Source: a bacterium
Lineage (GTDB): Bacteria > UBA8248
Direction of reading: 5' to 3'
Assembly: GCA_965204535.1 (NCBI GenBank)
Contig: OZ241996.1
Coordinates: 320,001-384,000 of the forward strand
DNA length: 64,000 nt
The translations under genes were made by a program, and so were the position numbers. The notes under the pieces are model-generated. The model saw nothing but the letters and a program-made list of their open reading frames with translations, was not told the origin of the DNA and made no database searches. Shown here in pieces: positions 57,783-64,000 of this stretch. Numbering within the stretch: the first letter of the stretch is position 1; every line of letters begins with the position of its first letter.

Positions 57783-58292
57783 ATGTTGATTCCCTTCGAG
57801 GGAGTGCTGCCCAAAGTTCATGAAACCGCCTGGCTGGCGGAGACCGCCGCCGTCATCGGCGACGTTGAGATCGGCGAGCACAGCAGCGTCTGGTACCACT
57901 GCGTATTGCGCGGTGACCACATGCCCATCCGCGTGGGCAAGCGCACCAACATACAGGACGGCTCCATTCTGCACATCGAAAGCGGCAAATACGACTGCGT
58001 GCTGGGCGACGACATTACCGTGGGCCACATGGCCATCGTGCATGGGTGTCATGTGGGAGACGGCGCCGTCATCGCGATGGGCGCCATCGTGCTCAACAAC
58101 GTGAAGGTGGGCGAGGGCGCCGTCGTCGGAGCGGGCGCCGTCGTGCCCGAGAACAAAGTGATCGATCCCGGGACTCTTTGGCTGGGCGCGCCTGCGAAGT
58201 ATGTTCGCGATCTGAGCGATGAGGAAATAGAGCGTTTCAAGAACGCGGCCGTCTCCTATATGAACAACAAGGAACGCTTTCGAAATTCATGA
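57783..58292 (+). CDS. Gamma-carbonic anhydrase family (YrdA-like)
   Basis: IGDV.IG, VLRGD, TNIQDG..LH, TVGH..IVHGC hexapeptide repeats. Confidence 0.93.
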   Translation: MLIPFEGVLPKVHETAWLAETAAVIGDVEIGEHSSVWYHCVLRGDHMPIRVGKRTNIQDGSILHIESGKYDCVLGDDITVGHMAIVHGCHVGDGAVIAMGAIVLNNVKVGEGAVVGAGAVVPENKVIDPGTLWLGAPAKYVRDLSDEEIERFKNAAVSYMNNKERFRNS

Positions 58293-58316
58293 CCGCACCG
58301 GAAATCCTCATTTTTC

Positions 58317-59267
58317 ATGTCTGAACAGGCCTGTGCCGAATCCCCGGCCCCGCTTGCCGCGGTGGTGGATTTGGGCACGAACGCAGCCCGCCTGGCGCTC
58401 GCCACGCTCGATGATGCGGGCAGGCTGGAATCGCGGGGACGCTGGCGCGAACTGATTCGCCTGGGCGAGGGGGTCCGCGAAACGGGAGTGCTCTCTGAAA
58501 GCGCCATGGAGAGAGGGCTCGCCTGCCTTTCCCGGTTTGCGCAAATCATAGAAAAGAATCGCGTCGGCCTCACGGACGGCCTCGCGACCAGCGCGCTGCG
58601 TGAGGCGCGAAACGCGGATGTGTTTATCGAGCGCGCCCTGCAACTGGGGGTTTCGATGCGCGTGATTCCGCCCGAGGAGGAAGCGCGCCTGGCGCTGGCG
58701 GGTGTTTTCGCCGATGAGGAGGCCAAGCCCGAGCGCGCGTTGGTGTTCGACGTCGGCGGAGGAAGTCTCGAAGTCATACTCTCCGGGCGTGGCGAGGTTC
58801 GAAAAATGGCGAGCCTTCCCGCCGGCGTGGTGTATCTGACGGAGCGCTATTTGCAGAACATGCCCACGCCGGATGAACAGGTGCAGGCCTGTTCGGAGGC
58901 GGTGGAGGCGATGTTGGCGAATGTTGATTTCGCCGGGGCGGAACTGGCGGAAATCCCCTTTATCGGCTGTGGAGGGGTGGTGGCGTTGGCTTGGTTTTTG
59001 ACGGAAGGCGCGCCGCCGGGCGGGTGCATAGACGGCGTTTCGTTGCCGAACTCTTTTTTCGAAGAATGGGTCAACCGGTTTGCCGGTTTGACTTACGAGG
59101 GAAGGAGAGAGCTTGGGGGCTTCGAACCGGGGCGCGAGGACGTGGCGCTCGCCGGGCTTATCGTCGTGCGCGCGCTGATGCGGTGGGGACGAAAGAAGAC
59201 GTTGGGCGTATCGACCGGCGGTGTTCGCGAGGGAAGGCTTCTGGAACTGCTGCGACCGGGCGGGTAG
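58317..59267 (+). CDS. Ppx/GppA family phosphatase (short form)
   Basis: DLGTN, ATSALREARN, EEEA, DVGGGS.E, GVREG. Confidence 0.92.
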   Translation: MSEQACAESPAPLAAVVDLGTNAARLALATLDDAGRLESRGRWRELIRLGEGVRETGVLSESAMERGLACLSRFAQIIEKNRVGLTDGLATSALREARNADVFIERALQLGVSMRVIPPEEEARLALAGVFADEEAKPERALVFDVGGGSLEVILSGRGEVRKMASLPAGVVYLTERYLQNMPTPDEQVQACSEAVEAMLANVDFAGAELAEIPFIGCGGVVALAWFLTEGAPPGGCIDGVSLPNSFFEEWVNRFAGLTYEGRRELGGFEPGREDVALAGLIVVRALMRWGRKKTLGVSTGGVREGRLLELLRPGG

Positions 59268-59344
59268 ATACGCCGACTCGACGATGAGATGTGCGTAAAT
59301 TCAATCGAATACGGGACATACTTGCCGGATCCCGGCGATGTAAT

Positions 59345-59372
59345 TTGACATGACTCGACACCTCCCTATATT
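59345..59372 (+). promoter_or_regulatory. Candidate sigma70 promoter of the yceD-rpmF-plsX-fab operon
   Basis: TTGACA-16 nt-TATATT. Confidence 0.55.
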
Positions 59373-59465
59373 TTGAATTCAGGCATCGGGAGGTTTGAAG
59401 CGCGATGCGCCGTGATGATCAAGTCGTACGCCCGTCTGGTCGAGCACCTCCTCCGGGGAAACGAT

Positions 59466-60002
59466 ATGGGGAAAATACTTCAATTTCCTCTCGCCCAGAT
59501 TCCGGATGACGGCCTGGACGTCTCTGTGGATTTGGAGCCGGCTGATTTGGAGGAAGTCTGGTTCCGGGCATCAAGTCTAAAGCTCATCGGCAAGTTGGAG
59601 AGAACAGGCTCTGATGAGGTGAGTTTCCAGGGTCGGTTGAGCGGTCGGTTTTTGCTGGAATGCTCTCTCGGGCTGGCGGAATTTCCTTATCCGTTCAGCG
59701 AGCCTTTGGCCGTCTATTTTTCGCGAATGCCGCAAGAACCCGCTTCAGAAGATGAAGTCGAACTGAAAGAAGAAGATATCGAGGTCGCATACATCGAAAA
59801 TGAAACGGCGGACCTGACGACGCCCGTTCGCGATCAGATCGGGCTGGCGATTCCCATTCAGCCCCGATGTCCTGATAAATGTCTGGGAGAGGCGCCTGAA
59901 ACTTGCCGTAAACTCGATGAGGGAGAATCCGTCGGCGCGGGCGCGGGGTCGGACCCGCGGTGGGGGCCGCTCAAGGGCTGGAAACCGGAGGATACCGCAT
60001 GA
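59466..60002 (+). CDS. yceD: YceD/DUF177 family protein
   Basis: Upstream of rpmF; LEC, DL...VRDQI.LAIP..P.C...C.G, DPRW..LK. Confidence 0.88.
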   Translation: MGKILQFPLAQIPDDGLDVSVDLEPADLEEVWFRASSLKLIGKLERTGSDEVSFQGRLSGRFLLECSLGLAEFPYPFSEPLAVYFSRMPQEPASEDEVELKEEDIEVAYIENETADLTTPVRDQIGLAIPIQPRCPDKCLGEAPETCRKLDEGESVGAGAGSDPRWGPLKGWKPEDTA

Positions 60003-60143
60003 ATTTTGTATCCTTCGTGCGTGGTGAATCTGAAATTTGAAATATGTTAGTATGTGAGGATTCTGTTTTCGGGCATGGAGCCGAGAGGACATCGGCGGGA
60101 ATTGCCCGTGTTTAACGTATTATTGTGAGAGGAGTGCGGTGCT

Positions 60144-60329
60144 GTGGGGCTTCCCAAACGTCGGCACTCGCAGACGCGAGGCCGTAAAAGAAGAACACAC
60201 TACAAGGTGGCGAAACCATCGGTTGCGTTTTGCTCGAATTGCAATAGTCCGGTGCTGCCCCACCGGGTGTGCAATGTCTGCGGGTATTACAAGGGGCAAA
60301 AAGTTTTGGATGTGAAGGGACAATACTAA
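60144..60329 (+). CDS. rpmF: 50S ribosomal protein L32
   Basis: PKRRHS..R..KRR.H, C..C....LPHRVC..CGYYKG. Confidence 0.97.
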   Translation: MGLPKRRHSQTRGRKRRTHYKVAKPSVAFCSNCNSPVLPHRVCNVCGYYKGQKVLDVKGQY

Positions 60330-60341
60330 CGCCGGATAGAG

Positions 60342-61466
60342 ATGATGAAAATAGCGATAGATGCCATGGGAGGGGACAACGCGCCTTCGGCGATCGTAGA
60401 AGGAGCGTTGGACGCTCACCGCGAAGAGGGTATCGAATCCGTATTGGTGGGTGAGCCGGAGCAAATCGAGGCGGAACTCAAGCGCCTCGGGGCCCCCGGG
60501 GACACCTTCGATATTCGCGCGGCGAGTCAAGTCATCGGCATGGGCGAATCCCCCACGAAATCGGTGAAGTCCAAGCCGGATTCATCCATGCGCATCGCCC
60601 TTCAGTTGGTGAAGGACGATGAAGCGCAGGCGGTGTTCAGCGCGGGCGACACCGGAGGCGCCTTCGCCACGGGTCTGGCCGTTTTGCAGCGGATGCCGGG
60701 GGTGCAACGACCCGCCATTGCCGCCTTGATCCCCACTCTCAAGGGCTTTTCCGTCATGCTGGACGTGGGAGCGAATCTGACCCCGCGGGCGCAGCACCTG
60801 TTCCAGTTCGGCGTTATGGGAGCCGTATATACCGAGGAAGTGTTCAGGAAACCCGCGCCCACGGTGGGTCTGCTGAACGTGGGGGGAGAGGATTCCAAAG
60901 GAACCGACGTGCTCAAGGCGGTCCATGAGATTTTCGTGAAAAGCGATTTGAATTTTGTGGGCAATGTGGAGGGGAGCACGATTTTTCAGGGCGACACGGA
61001 CGTGGTCGTGTGCGACGGGTTCGCGGGAAACGTGGCCTTGAAGGTGAGCGAGAGTCTCAGTGAAATGCTGACGACGCTGCTCAGAGAGGAAATCGTGGGT
61101 TCTGTGCGCAGCAAGATTGGGTATATGTTTTTGCAGAACGGGCTGAAATCCATGCGCCAGAGAACCGATTATTCCGAATACGGAGCGGCGCCGTTGCTGG
61201 GTTTGGGGGGAATTTGCACGATCGGACACGGCCGGAGCAACTCGAAGGCCGTGAAAAACGCCATCCGTACGACGGCGAGTATCGTCAAGGTCGATCTGAA
61301 CGCGAAGATACAAAAAGAAATCGACAAGCATATCTCCATACAGCGCAGCGGAGATGTGGGCTGGCGTTTGTGGAATCAGATACGAACGGGCATTTTCTAC
61401 GAAAAGGTAACGGAGGACGAAAAAAAGAGCGGCGATGAAGAAGATGAAGAAAATTCGTCCTCTTGA
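60342..61466 (+). CDS. plsX: Phosphate acyltransferase PlsX
   Basis: IAIDAMGGDNAP, RPAIA, LDVGAN, VCDGF.GN.ALK..E, YGAAPLLG, HGRS. Confidence 0.97.
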   Translation: MMKIAIDAMGGDNAPSAIVEGALDAHREEGIESVLVGEPEQIEAELKRLGAPGDTFDIRAASQVIGMGESPTKSVKSKPDSSMRIALQLVKDDEAQAVFSAGDTGGAFATGLAVLQRMPGVQRPAIAALIPTLKGFSVMLDVGANLTPRAQHLFQFGVMGAVYTEEVFRKPAPTVGLLNVGGEDSKGTDVLKAVHEIFVKSDLNFVGNVEGSTIFQGDTDVVVCDGFAGNVALKVSESLSEMLTTLLREEIVGSVRSKIGYMFLQNGLKSMRQRTDYSEYGAAPLLGLGGICTIGHGRSNSKAVKNAIRTTASIVKVDLNAKIQKEIDKHISIQRSGDVGWRLWNQIRTGIFYEKVTEDEKKSGDEEDEENSSS

Positions 61467-61533
61467 TATCTGAGCCTGTTTTCGACTACGATCACATTTG
61501 AGCAGTCATCTCGCCCGAATAGGGAATCAAACC

Positions 61534-62523
61534 GTGACCCACTCCGTCATCCTGGGGACGGGTTCATACGTCCCTGAAAGAGTTCTCTCGAACGCCGATC
61601 TGGAAAAGATGGTCGACACCAGCGACCAATGGATTCGCGAGAGAACGGGAATCAGCGAGCGGCGTGTGGCGAGGGCTGACGAAGCGACTTCCCACTTATC
61701 GCTTCATGCCGCCAATCAGGCGCTCGAAGCAGCGGGGGTGAGCGCTGAGGAAATCGACCTCATCATCGTAACCACTCTCACGCCGGACACGATGTGCCCG
61801 GCCGCGGCTTGCTGGCTTCAGTCGCATATCGGCGCGCACAGGGCCGCGGCGTTCGACTTGAACGCGGCGTGCACGGGTTTCGTCTACGGCCTTCAGGCGG
61901 CGGATGCCTATATTCGTTCGGGCATGATGAAGAAGGTGCTCCTGGTTTCCGCCGACGTGATGACGCGGATGACCAATTGGGAGGACAGGGGTACCTGCGT
62001 TTTGTGGGGCGATGGAGCGGGCGCCGTCGTTGTGGGGGCGTCGGAGAATGGCAGAAGAGGTGTGGTGGATTCGAGAGTTTACAGCGACGGCAATGGCGGG
62101 GAGCTGATTCTGGTGCCGGGAGGCGGTTCGCGGTTCGCCCCGATCACGGCGGACGACGTGCACAACAAAGAGCATTTATTGCAGATGAAGGGGCAGGAGA
62201 CGTTCAAGACGGCCGTGCGTTATTTCTTGGGAGCCTGCAAGGAAACGCTGGAGCGAAGCGGCCTTACCTTGGATGACATCGATGTGTTTATCCCGCATCA
62301 GGCGAATCTGCGGATTATCGAAGCCGTGGCGAAACGGCTCGAATTGTCGATGGACAAGGTAGTCATCACGATTAACAAATATGGCAATATGTCCGCGGCC
62401 ACCATCCCGGTTGCTCTGGATGAATCGGTGAGGGAGGGGAAAATTCGAAGCGGAGATAATGTGCTCATGGCTGCTTTCGGCGGAGGCCTCACTTGGGGTG
62501 CGGCTTTGGTCGAATGGAATTGA
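61534..62523 (+). CDS. fabH: 3-oxoacyl-ACP synthase III
   Basis: DTSD.WI.ERTGI, AACTGF, GDGAGA, PHQAN, YGN.SAA, FGGGLTWG; start GTG 61534 likely. Confidence 0.97.
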   Translation: MTHSVILGTGSYVPERVLSNADLEKMVDTSDQWIRERTGISERRVARADEATSHLSLHAANQALEAAGVSAEEIDLIIVTTLTPDTMCPAAACWLQSHIGAHRAAAFDLNAACTGFVYGLQAADAYIRSGMMKKVLLVSADVMTRMTNWEDRGTCVLWGDGAGAVVVGASENGRRGVVDSRVYSDGNGGELILVPGGGSRFAPITADDVHNKEHLLQMKGQETFKTAVRYFLGACKETLERSGLTLDDIDVFIPHQANLRIIEAVAKRLELSMDKVVITINKYGNMSAATIPVALDESVREGKIRSGDNVLMAAFGGGLTWGAALVEWN

Positions 62524-62628
62524 TGATATGAACGTCCGGAATGATTTCGCTTCATCCCCCGCCCTGTTTTTCTCGCGAGCATAATAGATTCAAGCTTTGC
62601 CGTTCATGCCATAGGTAAGGGTTGCTAG

Positions 62629-63567
62629 ATGGCCGTGAAAATTGCGTTTTTGTTTCCAGGACAAGGTTCGCAGTACGTCGGCATGGGCAAACAATTCTAT
62701 GATGAGTATCCATTCGCTCGGGAAGCCTATGAACGGGCGAGTGATATTCTGGGATGGAACCTCGCCAGGCTCAGCTTTGAAGGCCCCAAGTCGGAGTTGA
62801 CGCTCACCTGTCACACCCAGCCCGCCATTCTCGTTCATAGCCATATCGCATGCACCCTGTTGTGTGAGCGCGGCTTCAGGCCTTCTCTCGCCCTGGGCCA
62901 CAGCTTGGGGGAATACTCCGCTCTTATGGCGGCCGGGGCCTTCGATTTTCAGAAGGGTGTCGAGTTGGTGAAGAAAAGGGGCCGCTTCATGCACGAGGCC
63001 GTCCCGGCGGGCGGCGGCGCCATGGCGGCCTTGCTCGGCATCGAGAGAGAGGCGGCCGAAGCCATATGCGGGGAAGTGGAAGGCGTGGTGGAGGTTGCAA
63101 ATTATAATGCCCCCGGCCAATATGTCTTGTCGGGAGACAAGGATGCGGTAGAATCCGCCGCTCGTTTGGCGACGGACAAAGGAGCCAGGAAGGCGGTGAT
63201 GCTTCCGGTAGGAGCGCCCTTCCATTGCTCCTTGCTGAGTGAAGCTGCGGAGCGGATGAGTGAGGTGCTCGATGGAGCGGAGATAGGCGATCCTTCCATC
63301 CCCGTCTACGCGAACGTGACCGCTCGACCCGTTCGGGAGGGAAAACAGGCAAGAGAGTTGCTCAAACGGCAGATTCGCTCCGCCGTGCGCTGGGAAGACG
63401 CCGTGCGGGCGGCAGGTGAGGAAAAACCCGATGTGATGGTCGAACTGGGCCCCGGGAAAGTGCTCTCAGGATTGAACAGGCGGATATTGAGGGATATACC
63501 GGTGCACAATGTGGAAGATACACAGAGTCTGGAGAAAGCAGTTTCGGCCTTGGGAGAGTTCAACTGA
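62629..63567 (+). CDS. fabD: Malonyl-CoA:ACP transacylase
   Basis: FPGQGSQ, TQPA, GHSLGEY, PFH, ELGPGKVL. Confidence 0.97.
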   Translation: MAVKIAFLFPGQGSQYVGMGKQFYDEYPFAREAYERASDILGWNLARLSFEGPKSELTLTCHTQPAILVHSHIACTLLCERGFRPSLALGHSLGEYSALMAAGAFDFQKGVELVKKRGRFMHEAVPAGGGAMAALLGIEREAAEAICGEVEGVVEVANYNAPGQYVLSGDKDAVESAARLATDKGARKAVMLPVGAPFHCSLLSEAAERMSEVLDGAEIGDPSIPVYANVTARPVREGKQARELLKRQIRSAVRWEDAVRAAGEEKPDVMVELGPGKVLSGLNRRILRDIPVHNVEDTQSLEKAVSALGEFN

Positions 63568-63738
63568 ATTTCATCCCCGTGTATGATGGTTGATGAGGAC
63601 ATTGAGCGGAAAAGAAAAAAGCAAGTCATCGAATTCGGATGAACGCCCCGCAGATGTGTAAATGCGTATCGGGTCTGGGTTCTTGTCGAAAGGACGACCC
63701 GGTACCGGTTTGACAGAAGGATTTTCGGAGGAATCGGC

Positions 63739-63981
63739 GTGACAGATGAAATCAAAGCACAAATCAAAGAAATCATTGTGGAACAGTTGAGCGTGGAGCC
63801 TGAAAAGGTGGTGCCGGAAGCTTCGTTTACCGATGATCTGGGAGCGGACTCGCTGGATACCGTAGAGCTCGTCATGGCGTTTGAGGAGAAATTCGGTATC
63901 GAAATACCTGATGAAGAAGCGGAAAAAATCTCCACGGTTCAGGATGCGTACGACTATATCGGCAAGGTGCCTGGAGATTAG
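63739..63981 (+). CDS. acpP: Acyl carrier protein
   Basis: [18 protein letters not shown]. Confidence 0.98.
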   Translation: MTDEIKAQIKEIIVEQLSVEPEKVVPEASFTDDLGADSLDTVELVMAFEEKFGIEIPDEEAEKISTVQDAYDYIGKVPGD

Positions 63982-64000
63982 AGAAACCCCGTTGGTCTGC

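Overview
GC-rich bacterial chromosome window. The lineage cannot be determined from sequence alone; the proteins look deltaproteobacteria/Nitrospinota-like (inference). 1-13.8 kb: intact S10-spc-alpha ribosomal superoperon (rplW fragment to rplQ, with secY, adk, map, infA, rpmJ, rpoA). 13.9-33.4 kb: metabolic genes, including a Na+-pumping acyl-CoA decarboxylase (mmdA-D-C-B order) linked to a class III CoA-transferase, an HMG-CoA-lyase-family gene, an enolase-superfamily gene and a GntR regulator. 33.8-49.1 kb: hicBA; a UGSC-motif selenoprotein (in-frame UGA plus candidate SECIS, split by the ORF caller) with a coupled partner gene; a peptide/nickel-type ABC importer; an intact IS1182-like element; M20, amidase and PLP enzymes; and a duplicated promoter that appears to have captured a foreign amidase cassette. 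Many intergenic gaps between 21 and 48 kb hold nested REP/REPIN palindromes bounded by ends resembling the IS inverted repeats, and the IS itself sits inside one palindrome. 49.2-55.9 kb: a compact, intact-looking 8-gene operon of siphophage tail-tip, fibre and tape-measure-like genes with no head, packaging, tube, integrase or replication genes and a candidate sigma-54 promoter. This is the best candidate for an undescribed domesticated phage-derived system (GTA-like or tailocin-like module). 56-64 kb: M23 peptidase, gamma-carbonic-anhydrase family, Ppx/GppA, and yceD-rpmF-plsX-fabH-fabD-acpP (fabG absent). No tRNA, rRNA or CRISPR array was seen. All family calls come from motif recognition by eye; no database searches were run.
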